64,000 nt of DNA from Bdellovibrionales bacterium. Lineage in GTDB: Bacteria; Bdellovibrionota; Bdellovibrionia; Bdellovibrionales; UBA1609. The DNA is taken from positions 1,856,001 through 1,920,000 of the forward strand of contig CBDCMT010000001.1 of assembly GCA_965219095.1 (NCBI GenBank). Direction: 5' to 3'. A program made the position numbers and the translations under genes. The notes under the pieces are model-generated. The model was given only the letters and a program-made list of their open reading frames with translations. It had not been told where the DNA came from and did no database searches. Shown here in pieces: positions 31,421 through 42,149 of the stretch (position 1 is the first letter of the stretch; each line of letters begins with the position of its first letter).

Positions 31421-32705
31421 ACATGAGCCACTACTCTGTTGCAAAGCCAGTGTCGCACAGGATTTAAATTTGTAACTCCTTTTAAAATTCTGAAAGCTCT
31501 TTCTACGACATCTTTATCAAAATAAAGTTTGACCATATCTTTACCAGAAATATTCTTTGTAGAAAATATACAGGAGTACCCATCAAATTCTTCTGCTTTT
31601 TTCAGCTCCCGATCCTTGATCTTTCCTGTGGGAGTTAGATATTTTTTCAGCCCCTCCTTAATGGACTTGTTTTGAGATAGACAGTTTTGAGCAGCAACTA
31701 TCTCATCATATCTCGCCTCTCGAATTGCATCCTTTCTTTTATGGTTGTAGCAGATTGCCAGTTTTCCTTTAACTTGGCCAAATGTATAATTCATGCTTTT
31801 AACGTAAAAAGTATTCTTGTTCAAAATTACCCTATTTGAAACGTTTACTATAGAACCGGACTTTAAAAAATTTCGTACTGTCTTCTTCTCAACCTCTCTC
31901 ATAGGAATTCCGCACAATGTATTCCAACCCAATTCCCCTGTAAGAAAGGTTTTTAGACGATGCTATACCTCGATCATACACCAATAGGCCAGAACGAAGA
32001 TTGTATTCTGAAAAACTATTAACAAGTGCCGTCAATGTCCTGCTATCGTGAATGTTACCCTTAAAGGTCTTGTGAAAAACAGGAATCCCTTCTTCTTGAG
32101 TTACAGCAAGACCTATCTGAATCAGAGGACTCTTCCTTTTCCCATCTTTGCTGTACCCTGGGTTACCTAGTTGACATTTACTTCCATAAAAATAAGTGTT
32201 AGTAACATCAGACAATTTTATTAGATGATAACTTGTATTCTTTTTTAACATTTTCAAAAATACGTTTCTGCAAAGATGGAGCCTTGGATTCGTTAAGCTG
32301 ATCGAGAGCTGAAAAAAGCCTTCTTTCAGTCAGCCCATCTAAGTTTAAAATGCTGTTTAAATCTGTTCGTTCATACCATGATGGCATATTATTGACGCTT
32401 CTGTAATCCAAGCAATGAGCATAGACCATACTTAGTATTTCATCTGAATAATTGCCAAGAACTTCGGGAAGACCAACTTTTTTCGCAAGGGCATGAAGAA
32501 CAATCAAGGGACCACTGATCTTAACTTTATCGAATTGAATGTTCTCGGAAGATATAGAGATAACACGCTTATGATTCACTTCCTTTCCAAGATATCTCAA
32601 GTACTTCTGTACGACCTTGCCCTTGACCCGGACATTTTTCACCTCTGCTAAATAAGTGCTGCCTCCTCTTTTAATCTTCTTTATAAAACTCATAGTAGTT
32701 ACCAT
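31420..32705 (-). pseudogene. IS1634-family transposase, frameshifted and 3'-truncated
   Basis: Paralogous to 43043-44614 (YLAEV....GKVVQK..RY.GK; DVTNTYF; YDRG; KD.VERAF). Confidence 0.88.
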
Positions 32706-33169
32706 TATGGTAACTACTTAAAAATAGAATGGCAAGAGCTTTTCACAGAAAAAAAGGGCAATAACCCCCCATTTTTACTGGAAAACTTCCATGCTTATGG
32801 AACTTATCTTATGTTAGAGCAATGTAGTGATCATTTTTAGCGGGGAATTTGGGTAATTTAACTTTAGTGAAATTATGACAGCTCAAGATAGGGACATCTC
32901 TTTAGCTGTCATGTCGGCTGTGATGAGTGAGTTCTCTCATCATACCAACAAAAATCCTTTTTATGAAGCTTAGGGTCTGTTTTCGTATAAGAGCTAGAAA
33001 AGGGGGGAGGAGAGAAGAAAGGGCTTAAAAATTATGCTACAGGCTTGAGGTGAAGGTTTTGGACTACCTAAAAACAAAGCTTTTAAAAAGAAAAGGAGAA
33101 TTTTTGCACTGCAAAACTATGCCTTTTTACACTTTTTTATTTGCTTTGTGAGATGTAAAGTAAAAGCTC

Positions 33170-33541
33170 ATGAATAATCTTCTGCCTGTCCTTGTTTTAA
33201 TACTGATCATCTTTACTTTCGGTTTAGCTATTGTGGTTTTGACAGGTCTTTTAGGTCCTAAATTAAAGTCCTCAAAGACAAAGAAAGAGCCCTATGAATG
33301 TGGTTTTGAAAGCGAAGTGCCTCAGAGTCCTCATTTATCGGTCAGTTATTATCTAACGGCCATTCTCTTCATTCTTTTTGATATTGAAATTATCTTTATG
33401 TATCCTTGGGCGATTTATTTAAAAAACTCTCTTACACAAGGTTATGGAGTACAGGCCTTTTGGGCGATGCTTGTTTTTTTGTTTTTATTTATTTTTGGCC
33501 TGTTCTGGGAGGTTTTCTCAAAAGCATTAAAATGGGATTAA
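33170..33541 (+). CDS. nuoA: NADH-quinone oxidoreductase subunit A
   Basis: K.EPYECG, YY..AILFILFDIE..F.YPWA, AL.W. Confidence 0.95.
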   Translation: MNNLLPVLVLILIIFTFGLAIVVLTGLLGPKLKSSKTKKEPYECGFESEVPQSPHLSVSYYLTAILFILFDIEIIFMYPWAIYLKNSLTQGYGVQAFWAMLVFLFLFIFGLFWEVFSKALKWD

Positions 33542-33544
33542 AAT

Positions 33545-34693
33545 ATGGGTTCTGATATCTTTGAGTTGAGCATCAATTTTATAAAAATGGCTGTTATTTT
33601 TTTGTTTATGGTTCAAATGGTTCCTTTGCTTGTTTGGGTTGAAAGGCGAGGTTCAGCTTTCATACAAAACCGTTTAGGCCCTAACCGTGTAGGGCCTTTA
33701 GGTTTACTTCAACTTTTAGCCGATGCTGTAAAATTTATTTTTAAAGAGGAGTTCATTCCTGAAAAAGGAAAAAAGTTTTTGTTTTACTTAGCTCCCATAC
33801 TAGCTCTTATTCCTGCAGGCCTAGCTTTCAATGCGATCCCCCTTTCACAATCCATGCATATTGAATCCTTTCATTGGTTAGGAAGAAAGTGGGGGCCTTA
33901 TGATTTTCTCTTCCAAGGCTACCATTTTGATTTAGGTGTTGTTTTTGTATTGGCTGTGAGTTCTTTAGCTGTTTACTCTTTACTGCTAGCAGGATGGAGT
34001 TCAGGAAATAAATACTCTCTTTTAGGGGCTTTAAGAGCCTCTGCTCAAACCATCAGTTATGAATTAGGTTTGAGCTTATCTCTTGTAGGGATTCTTTTAA
34101 TTTATGGGACCTTTAACTTCACAGAAATGATAAACCTTCAAAAAGGCCCCCTTTCTTTCCAGCTTCTGGGGGAAGCTTACACTTTGAATTTTCTGCCTAA
34201 TTGGGGAATCTTCTATCAGCCTTTAGGGGCTTTGTTATTTTTTATTTCTATGTTTGCTGAAACAAATCGACTTCCCTTTGACCTTCCTGAAGCTGAATCA
34301 GAACTGGTAGCAGGTTATCATACTGAGTATGGAGGTATGAAAATGTTGATGTTTTATATGGGAGAGTACGGTCATATGCTTGTGGCTTCCGCCCTTATGA
34401 GTTTGTTTTATTTCGGAGGCTACCAAATTCCTTTCGTAGAAGAAGATCATATAAGAGCCTTCTTAGCTAGCTTTTCTCTTTCTACCAATGGAATCACTCT
34501 TATGACGTCTTTTCTTTATTTTCTTGTCTTCTTTTTAAAAATTTTAGTTTTCTTATGGATCTTCATTTGGGTCAGGTGGACTATCCCTCGTTTTCGTTAT
34601 GATCAATTGATGGATCTTGGCTGGAAGGGTATACTGCCTTGGGCTTTGTTTAATACATTGTTAACAGCTTGCATTTTAGTGCTGATGAGGTAA
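33545..34693 (+). CDS. nuoH: NADH-quinone oxidoreductase subunit H
   Basis: ERR..A.IQ.R.GPNRVG, AETNR.PFDLPEAESELVAGY, R.T.PRFRYDQLM. Confidence 0.97.
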   Translation: MGSDIFELSINFIKMAVIFLFMVQMVPLLVWVERRGSAFIQNRLGPNRVGPLGLLQLLADAVKFIFKEEFIPEKGKKFLFYLAPILALIPAGLAFNAIPLSQSMHIESFHWLGRKWGPYDFLFQGYHFDLGVVFVLAVSSLAVYSLLLAGWSSGNKYSLLGALRASAQTISYELGLSLSLVGILLIYGTFNFTEMINLQKGPLSFQLLGEAYTLNFLPNWGIFYQPLGALLFFISMFAETNRLPFDLPEAESELVAGYHTEYGGMKMLMFYMGEYGHMLVASALMSLFYFGGYQIPFVEEDHIRAFLASFSLSTNGITLMTSFLYFLVFFLKILVFLWIFIWVRWTIPRFRYDQLMDLGWKGILPWALFNTLLTACILVLMR

Positions 34694-34701
34694 AAGCAAA
34701 A

Positions 34702-35232
34702 ATGGAATTTCAAACATATCTTTTTTTATTTCTTTCTTCCGTGTCTGTCCTAACAGCTCTTGGCGTTTTGTTTCACTCAAACCCTCTTTTTTCCAGCCTC
34801 TTTTTAGCCCTCTGTATGACAAGCTTGTCAGGGCTTTTCTTTCTTCTTAAAGCTTATTTTTTAGCAGGAGTCCAGCTTATTGTTTACGCAGGAGCTGTTA
34901 TGACATTGTTCATCATGGTTATCATGCTTTTTAACTTTTCAGAAAGAACTCATAGAAGAAGATTTTATTTGAAAAAAAGATTCTTTTTAACACTTTTCGT
35001 GCTAGGTTGGTTTTGTGCTCTCATATCCCTTGCAAGTCTTATGTCTGTGGACCTTGTGTCAAAAAACAAGTTCTCTAATAACTTAAACCTTTTGCAGTTA
35101 GCAGAAGCTTTGTTTTCAAAGTATATTCTAGCCTTTGAACTCCTAGGAGTTTTACTTCTTGTGGTGGCTGTTGCTGCTGTAGCTATAACAAAAGAACCTA
35201 GAAAAGAGGTGAAAGATGCTTCTGAATTTTAA
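34702..35232 (+). CDS. nuoJ: NADH-quinone oxidoreductase subunit J (likely start ATG 34702)
   Basis: NP..S.L.L, A.FLA.VQ..VYAGAV..LF..VIML, FE...LLL. Confidence 0.93.
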   Translation: MEFQTYLFLFLSSVSVLTALGVLFHSNPLFSSLFLALCMTSLSGLFFLLKAYFLAGVQLIVYAGAVMTLFIMVIMLFNFSERTHRRRFYLKKRFFLTLFVLGWFCALISLASLMSVDLVSKNKFSNNLNLLQLAEALFSKYILAFELLGVLLLVVAVAAVAITKEPRKEVKDASEF

Positions 35233-35536
35233 CACTGTAAACTTAGAGCATTACCTTATCTTGTCTGCTGTTTTATTTTCTATTGGACTTTTAATAATTT
35301 TAACAAGAAAAAATCTCCTTATCATTCTTATGGGAATTGAGATTTTACTCAATGCCGTCAACTTAAGTTTCGTAGCTTTTTCCTATTATAGGCAAGATAT
35401 CGATGGGCAAGTTCTTGTTTTCTTTATGATGACTATTGCTGCTGCAGAAGCTGGAATCGCATTGGCTTTAGCCGTATCAGTCTTCAAACACTTTAAGAAA
35501 ATTGATATTTCCATTTTAGAAAGGTTAAGAGGTTAA
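35216..35536 (+). CDS. nuoK: NADH-quinone oxidoreductase subunit K
   Basis: RKN....LM.IE..LNAVN, GQV..FF...AAAEA. Confidence 0.96.
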   Translation: MLLNFNTVNLEHYLILSAVLFSIGLLIILTRKNLLIILMGIEILLNAVNLSFVAFSYYRQDIDGQVLVFFMMTIAAAEAGIALALAVSVFKHFKKIDISILERLRG

Positions 35537-37431
35537 TGAATTTAGATAAGATTTTAATTTTAACGCTTCTTTTTTCTCCTCTCTTAGGGTTTCTCATTAA
35601 TGGATTTAACTTTAGAGGAAAGTCTGTTAAAATTTCAGGACTGATAGCTTCCTTATCAGTTTTTGTCAGCTTTACCTCCACAGTTCTTTTTTTCTTTTTA
35701 ACTCCTGTAAAATCTTCTTTTCAAGTCCTTCTTTTTGAATGGATCTCTGTGGGAAGCTTCACCTCAAGTTTGAGTTTTCTTATAGATCCCTTGAGTTTAG
35801 CTATGGCTTTTGTAATTACAGGAGTTGGAACACTTATTCATATTTTTAGCATAGGTTATATGTCAGAAGATCAAAGACCTAGCAAATATTTTGCTTATTT
35901 GAATTTCTTTATCTTCAATATGCTTCTTCTTGTTTTAGCAGATAACCTGCTTCTTATGTTTGTCGGTTGGGAAGGAGTAGGACTTTGCTCTTACCTTCTT
36001 ATTGGTTTTTGGTTTACTGATCGGCATAAAGCTCAAGCCGGTCTGAAAGCTTTCATTACAAACCGCATAGGAGATGCAGGCTTTCTTTTAGGAATTTTTA
36101 TTCTCTTTGCTCATTTTCACACCATTGATTTTTTAGATTTAGCTGGAAATTTACCTGATCGTTCAGAGGGCTTCTTCAATCCCATCACTTTGTCAGCTTT
36201 GTGTCTTTTTATCGGTGCTATGGGAAAATCAGCACAAATTCCCCTTTATGTTTGGTTGCCTGATGCTATGGCAGGACCAACCCCTGTTTCAGCTCTCATT
36301 CATGCAGCCACCATGGTGACAGCAGGGGTTTATATGATCATAAGACTTAGTGTTCTTTTTACAGCAGCACCTTTAGTGATGAATCTCATAGCCTTTATAG
36401 GTATCTTAACAGCTCTCCTGGGAGCGACTCTGGGACTTACTCAATGGGATATTAAAAAAGTCTTAGCCTATTCTACCATTTCTCAGTTAGGCTATATGTT
36501 TTTGGCACTAGGTGTAGGAGCCTTTAGCTCAGCTTTTTTTCATCTTATAACTCATGCTTTTTTTAAGGCTCTTATGTTCTTAGGTGCAGGAAGTGTAATT
36601 CACTCTCTTCAAGGAGAGCAAGACTTAAGAAAAATGGGAAGTTTAAAAAAATTTATGCCTTTAACATCTATAACCTTCACAATAGGATGGCTTGCTATTA
36701 TAGGAATTCCTCCTTTTTCAGGATTTTTTAGTAAAGATGAAATTCTATGGAAGACTTTCTCTCAAGGTCATTACGTTTTATGGGGCTTAGGGCTTATAGC
36801 AAGTGCTTTTACTTCCTTTTATATGACACGCCTTATGACTTTAGCCTTTTGGAAGCCTGTAAGATCAAACTATAAGAAAACCCCTCGCAAATCACCTCTT
36901 TCTATGACCATTCCTCTCATTTTATTAGCTCTTCTATCCTTTATAGGAGGCTTTATAGGTTTACCTCACATCTTTCCCTCACATCCTCCCCATATTCTTT
37001 CACTGTGGCTAGGAATGAAGGAGCCTCAGCTTCTTATCACTTCCGCTCAATGGGAGATGGCTCTTATGGTTTTATCAGTTCTCTTAAGTTTAAGCTTTTC
37101 TTACTTAGCTTATGTTTTCTACAGAAAACGACCTGAAGTACCTGCATCTTTCACAAAAAAAATTCATCCTCTTTACAATTTTGTTTATCATAAATACAAA
37201 GTTGATGAAGCTTATAAAATGTTTCTTTTAGATCCTGTATGGCGTATAAGTGATTCTCTTTGGCGTATGGTGGATATGAGTTTTATAGATAAGATTCCTT
37301 ACTGCATAAGTAAGTTTTCTTTATGGTGGAGTAAAAGTATTCGTGATTTACAAACAGGAAAAATAGAAAGATATGCTGTTTATATGATTTTTTCTCTTGT
37401 GATAGTTATAAGTTTGGCTTTAATACGTTAA
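35536..37431 (+). CDS. nuoL: NADH-quinone oxidoreductase subunit L
   Basis: GWEGVGLCSYLLIGFW, GKSAQ.PL.VWLPDAM.GPTPVSALIHAATMVTAG. Confidence 0.97.
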   Translation: MNLDKILILTLLFSPLLGFLINGFNFRGKSVKISGLIASLSVFVSFTSTVLFFFLTPVKSSFQVLLFEWISVGSFTSSLSFLIDPLSLAMAFVITGVGTLIHIFSIGYMSEDQRPSKYFAYLNFFIFNMLLLVLADNLLLMFVGWEGVGLCSYLLIGFWFTDRHKAQAGLKAFITNRIGDAGFLLGIFILFAHFHTIDFLDLAGNLPDRSEGFFNPITLSALCLFIGAMGKSAQIPLYVWLPDAMAGPTPVSALIHAATMVTAGVYMIIRLSVLFTAAPLVMNLIAFIGILTALLGATLGLTQWDIKKVLAYSTISQLGYMFLALGVGAFSSAFFHLITHAFFKALMFLGAGSVIHSLQGEQDLRKMGSLKKFMPLTSITFTIGWLAIIGIPPFSGFFSKDEILWKTFSQGHYVLWGLGLIASAFTSFYMTRLMTLAFWKPVRSNYKKTPRKSPLSMTIPLILLALLSFIGGFIGLPHIFPSHPPHILSLWLGMKEPQLLITSAQWEMALMVLSVLLSLSFSYLAYVFYRKRPEVPASFTKKIHPLYNFVYHKYKVDEAYKMFLLDPVWRISDSLWRMVDMSFIDKIPYCISKFSLWWSKSIRDLQTGKIERYAVYMIFSLVIVISLALIR

Positions 37432-37446
37432 AAGAGAGGGCTTTAA

Positions 37447-39009
37447 GTGTTAGATGTTATTTTATTTTCACCTCTTATGATAGCTTTTGTAATATGGTTC
37501 GGAAATTTTTCTGAAAAAAGTCTTGAAAAAATAGCCCTTAGCTTAGCTGTCATTCACTTGGCTTTAACTTCAAGTCTGTTTTTTCTCTTTGACAAATCTT
37601 CAAGCCAATTACAGCTTGTCACACAATTTCCATGGATCGAAAGTTTTGGCATCAACTATTTTATAGGAATTGACGGGCTTTCTTTTTGGCTTGTGTTTCT
37701 TACATCATTTCTGACCATTTTAGTTGCAATGATAGCTCCCTTAAATGTGCATAAAAATAAGAAAGGCCTTCTTACAGCTCTATTTGTTTTAGAAACAAGT
37801 CTTCTAGGTTGCTTTCTTTCTATAGATAGTATTTTGTTTTATGTATTCTTTGAGGCTTCACTCATTCCTATGTATTTTATTATAGGTATATGGGGGGGAT
37901 CTAACCGCCTTTATGCAACTGTTAAATTTTTCCTCTTTACTATGTTGGGATCTGTTTTTATGTTGATAGGTCTTATTTCTTTGATCCTTTTAACTAAAGA
38001 GCAGTTTGGAACCTATAGTGCAAGCCTCTTAGATTTTTACAAACTTAAACTTCCTTTTATATCAGGAACTGTTTTGAGTACACAGTCTTTGATTTTTCTC
38101 AGCTTTTCTCTTTCTTTTGCTATTAAGGTTCCTCTTTTTCCTTTCCACACTTGGCTTCCTGATGCTCATGTGGAAGCTCCTACAGTAGGGTCTGTACTTC
38201 TTGCAGGAGTGATGTTAAAAGTAGGGGCTTACGGTTTCTTACGTTTTGTGCTTCCTCTTTTTACTGATTCTGTAGAAGCTTTTTCGCAAACTTTTCTTCT
38301 TTTGTCAGTCATAGGTATTATTTATGGAGCTTTAGTCGCTATGGTGCAAAAAGATATGAAAAAACTTGTAGCTTATTCATCAGTCTCTCATATGGGCTAT
38401 GTTATGTTGGGGCTTTTTTCTTTCACTCACATGTCTCTTACAGGATCTCTTTATCAAATGCTAAACCATGGAATCAGTACAGCCGCTCTTTTCTTCTTAG
38501 TAGGCATGATCTATGAAAAAACCCATGACAAAAAGATTCTTAACTACGAAGGTTTAGCTTTAAGAGCTCCCATTTTTACTATTTATTTTCTCATCATCAC
38601 TTTTTCTGCTATCGCTGTTCCTATGACAAATGGCTTTGTAGGGGAATTTCTTATTCTTGCAGGAAGTTTTAAAAGCTTTCCCATCTTTACAGCTTTTGCT
38701 GTTTTAGGAGTTATATTGAGTGCCTGTTATATGCTTATTATGTGTAAAAGAATGTTCTTTGGGTTGGAAAGTCCTTTTTTAAAAACCATAAAAGAAAACT
38801 TAGATATAGGTTTAAGAGAAAAAATGGTTCTTCTTCCTCTTGTTGTACTTGTGTTTTGGATGGGGATCTATCCTAAACATTTTCTTATGTGGTCTGAAGA
38901 AAGCCTTGAAAAATTAAGTCTCAGTAGAAAAAAGCAGTATAGATTGAGTGTTTTAAAAAGTAACAAAAGTTTAAAAAAATATAAATATTATATAGGATCT
39001 CAAAAATGA
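37447..39009 (+). CDS. nuoM: NADH-quinone oxidoreductase subunit M
   Basis: K.P.FP.HTWLPDAHVEAPT.GS..LAG..LK.G.YG, K..VAYSSVSHMG. Confidence 0.97.
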   Translation: MLDVILFSPLMIAFVIWFGNFSEKSLEKIALSLAVIHLALTSSLFFLFDKSSSQLQLVTQFPWIESFGINYFIGIDGLSFWLVFLTSFLTILVAMIAPLNVHKNKKGLLTALFVLETSLLGCFLSIDSILFYVFFEASLIPMYFIIGIWGGSNRLYATVKFFLFTMLGSVFMLIGLISLILLTKEQFGTYSASLLDFYKLKLPFISGTVLSTQSLIFLSFSLSFAIKVPLFPFHTWLPDAHVEAPTVGSVLLAGVMLKVGAYGFLRFVLPLFTDSVEAFSQTFLLLSVIGIIYGALVAMVQKDMKKLVAYSSVSHMGYVMLGLFSFTHMSLTGSLYQMLNHGISTAALFFLVGMIYEKTHDKKILNYEGLALRAPIFTIYFLIITFSAIAVPMTNGFVGEFLILAGSFKSFPIFTAFAVLGVILSACYMLIMCKRMFFGLESPFLKTIKENLDIGLREKMVLLPLVVLVFWMGIYPKHFLMWSEESLEKLSLSRKKQYRLSVLKSNKSLKKYKYYIGSQK

Positions 39010-40469
39010 AGTTTTCTATTGGATTTACTGATATCCTTCTTATTTCTCCCCTTATACTGATCTTTCTTTTTAGCTTAATTCCTATAACTAAAAAAGCTCT
39101 TTCTCAAAATCAAGAGCCCTCTCATTTTTATTCTATAACTTTACCCTCCTTAGGAATCATCTCATCCCTTTTAATAGGCTTTCTTTTTGTCACCTATAGA
39201 CTGATCCCTGAGGAGGGAGTTTTTATTTTTTCCAAAGCTCTGCTCATCAATGGTCAATCTTTGTTTTCATTTTTTACAATTAGCACTTTAACTCTTTGTA
39301 CTTTATTATTAGCGGGTGAAAATTCTCTTTTAAGACAGCGATTCTCTGAATGGGTTTTTCTGCTTCTTAACTCTTGCTTAGGAATGATCATTTTTACATG
39401 GAGTGCGGAGCTTTTAGTTAGTTTTATAGGACTTGAGCTTTTTTCCTTTTCTCTTTATGTTATGATTGTACTTAATTCAGAAAAAACTCTTTCTAAAGAA
39501 GCTGCTATAAAGTACTTTATTTTAGGTTCTTTAGCTTCAGCTTTTTTTGTTTACGGAATTTCTTTTCTCTATGGTACAGCAGGTTCCTCCTACCTTCATG
39601 AAATTGCTCAAAATGCTGCTACATTTTCTGAAATCAGTCGTATTTTTCTTATAGGCGTTTGTCTGGTCTTCATGGGACTTCTTTTTAAAGTAGCAGCCTT
39701 TCCCTTTCATTGGTGGGTACCTGATGTTTATCATGGTTCCAGTTCTCCTTTAACAGGATTTATGGCAACAAGTGTAAAAATAGCAAGTTTTGTTTTCTTT
39801 TTGAAATTTATTTCTCTAGGTTTTTTAAGTTCAAACCCTACTTTCGAAATCCTTTTTATGTGGCTTATTGTTCTCACTATGCTTGTAGGAAATGGAGCTG
39901 CTCTTTTGCAAAACAACATGAAAAGAATGCTGGCTTATTCAAGTATTGCTCACTCCGGCTATCTCTTAATGGGTGTTCTTTCCTATGGAAAAGGTATTGA
40001 TACAGCTTCCTCGTCTGTTCTTTTTTATCTTCTAGGCTATATGTTCGCAGTCCTAGGTCTTTTCAGTGTTCTTAATCTTTTAGAAAGTAAAGATCGATTG
40101 CACATTGACTTTGATGACTTGAAAGGTCTTTCCCATTCTCACCCTTATTTAGCTTTCAGTATCACCATTTTCACTCTCAGTCTTATAGGCCTTCCTCTTA
40201 CTTCAGGGTTTTTTGGAAAATTCTTTCTCTTAGACTCTGTGTTAAAAGGAAAACTCTACTGGCTTTCTTTTTGGGCTGTTTTAAATTCTGTTTTAAGTGC
40301 TTATTACTACCTCAAACCTTCTATTCTCATGTATATGAAAGAAGAAGAAACCCCCTATCCTATAAGAAAATCTCCTCATACACAAAGCCTTATCCTCGTC
40401 TCTTTAGTCATGGTTATGACCTTAGGATTTTTTGCAGAGCCTTTTTATAGATTGATCCGATATCTTTAA
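39006..40469 (+). CDS. nuoN: NADH-quinone oxidoreductase subunit N
   Basis: EAAIKYF.LG, FK....PFH.W.PDVY.G, KRMLAYSSIAH.GY. Confidence 0.96.
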   Translation: MKFSIGFTDILLISPLILIFLFSLIPITKKALSQNQEPSHFYSITLPSLGIISSLLIGFLFVTYRLIPEEGVFIFSKALLINGQSLFSFFTISTLTLCTLLLAGENSLLRQRFSEWVFLLLNSCLGMIIFTWSAELLVSFIGLELFSFSLYVMIVLNSEKTLSKEAAIKYFILGSLASAFFVYGISFLYGTAGSSYLHEIAQNAATFSEISRIFLIGVCLVFMGLLFKVAAFPFHWWVPDVYHGSSSPLTGFMATSVKIASFVFFLKFISLGFLSSNPTFEILFMWLIVLTMLVGNGAALLQNNMKRMLAYSSIAHSGYLLMGVLSYGKGIDTASSSVLFYLLGYMFAVLGLFSVLNLLESKDRLHIDFDDLKGLSHSHPYLAFSITIFTLSLIGLPLTSGFFGKFFLLDSVLKGKLYWLSFWAVLNSVLSAYYYLKPSILMYMKEEETPYPIRKSPHTQSLILVSLVMVMTLGFFAEPFYRLIRYL

Positions 40470-40642
40470 ACTTCCATTCCAACAAACTCTTTTTAGAATG
40501 AGAATATAGATTCTTGATTTCTAAGATTTGAGCCATAAATGCATGAGCTCTTTCTTTAGGAATTACTGCTAAACTTAGTGCTGAACTTAAGGCTCTCCCA
40601 CTACCTCTTCGTAACAACTCCTTTTTAATACCTAACTGCAAT

Positions 40643-41854
40643 TCATGGAAAATGTCTTAAGAATTGGTTAGCCGTACAAACAAAGATATCTTTTCCATTT
40701 TGACTTCTTTTTTCTAGATAATTTTTTCTATTAAGAAGTTGATAAAATATTTTTACTTTTGGAAATAGCTTAAAGAAATGAGAGGAAACATGAGGTCTAT
40801 TGAGCTTGCATTCTACAGGAAGCCAAGGAGAACCTTCTTTTGTAATGAGAAAATCTATTTCTTTTTTTTCTTTCGTTTTTACATAATACAAATTAAATTT
40901 CCCCTCACCTATATCAGACCAGTAGTGACAAGCCTTTAACAAATGAGATGCTACCATATTTTCAAATCGAGCGGCTCTATCTTTCACTTCAGACCAATCC
41001 CATAAATAAAGTTTACTTTCTTTTTTGATCGATCGTGAAATGTTCTTTGACCATGGTTTTACCTCAAAATGATAGTAAAGTTCTTTGAGATCATTAAGCC
41101 ACCTTTTGACTGATTTGTAGTCAGACTCAAGATCCTCTCTTAAAGACGTAATACTTAGGGGACTGGAAACTCTTTCTGGAAGAAGAGAAATAAGCATTTC
41201 AATTTTACTGAGGTCTAAAATTCTAGTGAGATCTCTTATGTCCTCCCTCACAATTTTTTCAATACGTCCTTTTTGCCATATGTTAAGAATTTTTTTAGAA
41301 GATGATAAAAAAGGTTCAGGAAAGCCTCCGTAACTTTCAAGATCATTCCAAACCTCATGAAGTCTTTTAGATGAAGAAAGAGTCAGATCTTTGCTTATAA
41401 GTTCATTTACTTCTTCCGGTGTTTTAGGTTTAGCCAAAAGTAGCTCTCCTATAGAAAAAGGGTGGAGACGAAAACTCACATACCTTCCCATAAGCGAGTC
41501 TGAGCCTTTTTTATAAACATCAAGTCTTGCACTTCCTGTTACAATAATATTAATGTTCTTTTCTAAAGTGTCATAAAAGCCTTTTAGGTTTCTTTTCCAT
41601 TTATGAGCTTTATGAATTTCATCAAAAATAAGAGTGTCATGATCTTGGAGGTTTTTTGTTATTTCACTAAGCGACTTGGTCCATATTCTTCTAAAATCTA
41701 AATGATCCCAGTTGCAATACATTCCTTTATTTTTTTTAAAAAACATTTTAGCCAATGTTGTTTTGCCCACCTGTCTTGGACCCGATAAAAAGGCCATCTT
41801 TTTACGGGACAAAGCAAGACTTTGAATTTCAGGGAGAAAATGTCTTTTGATCAT
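40643..41854 (-). CDS. AAA_14 ATPase with C-terminal DUF4143 (restriction-endonuclease-like) domain
   Basis: GPRQVGKTT, FDEIH, VTGS, YGGFPEP, K.YL.D, FEN.V, EIDFL...P.ECK. Confidence 0.9.
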   Translation of the reverse strand: MIKRHFLPEIQSLALSRKKMAFLSGPRQVGKTTLAKMFFKKNKGMYCNWDHLDFRRIWTKSLSEITKNLQDHDTLIFDEIHKAHKWKRNLKGFYDTLEKNINIIVTGSARLDVYKKGSDSLMGRYVSFRLHPFSIGELLLAKPKTPEEVNELISKDLTLSSSKRLHEVWNDLESYGGFPEPFLSSSKKILNIWQKGRIEKIVREDIRDLTRILDLSKIEMLISLLPERVSSPLSITSLREDLESDYKSVKRWLNDLKELYYHFEVKPWSKNISRSIKKESKLYLWDWSEVKDRAARFENMVASHLLKACHYWSDIGEGKFNLYYVKTKEKKEIDFLITKEGSPWLPVECKLNRPHVSSHFFKLFPKVKIFYQLLNRKNYLEKRSQNGKDIFVCTANQFLRHFP

Positions 41855-41861
41855 AATGACT

Positions 41862-41890
41862 ATATTAGGCTATAATTCCAAAATAGTCAA
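41862..41890 (-). promoter_or_regulatory. Putative sigma70 promoter directly before the start codon, with an overlapping inverted repeat
   Basis: TTGACT-17 bp-TAATAT-7 bp-ATG on the minus strand; TGACTAT...ATAGTCA inverted repeat. Confidence 0.55.
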
Positions 41891-42149
41891 GATTCTTTGA
41901 ATCAATGCATCAGACAAAACTCCTTTCCTCTTCCCTCTTCTAAGAGGTTACCTGAATTTGATACAAATTTTACTCACTAGGATTTCTAAGGAATGTGCGA
42001 CGCTGAAAAAGTGAAGTCTAGCTTTGAACCTCTTAGGGAAACCTCTCAGCATAATTGTTACATGAGCTTAGAAGACTCTTGATTTAAAGCCTGGACTGCG
42101 TTGAAAAAGTGGAGTCAAAATTAAGAAGACTTTAGAAAAGTTATCAAAA

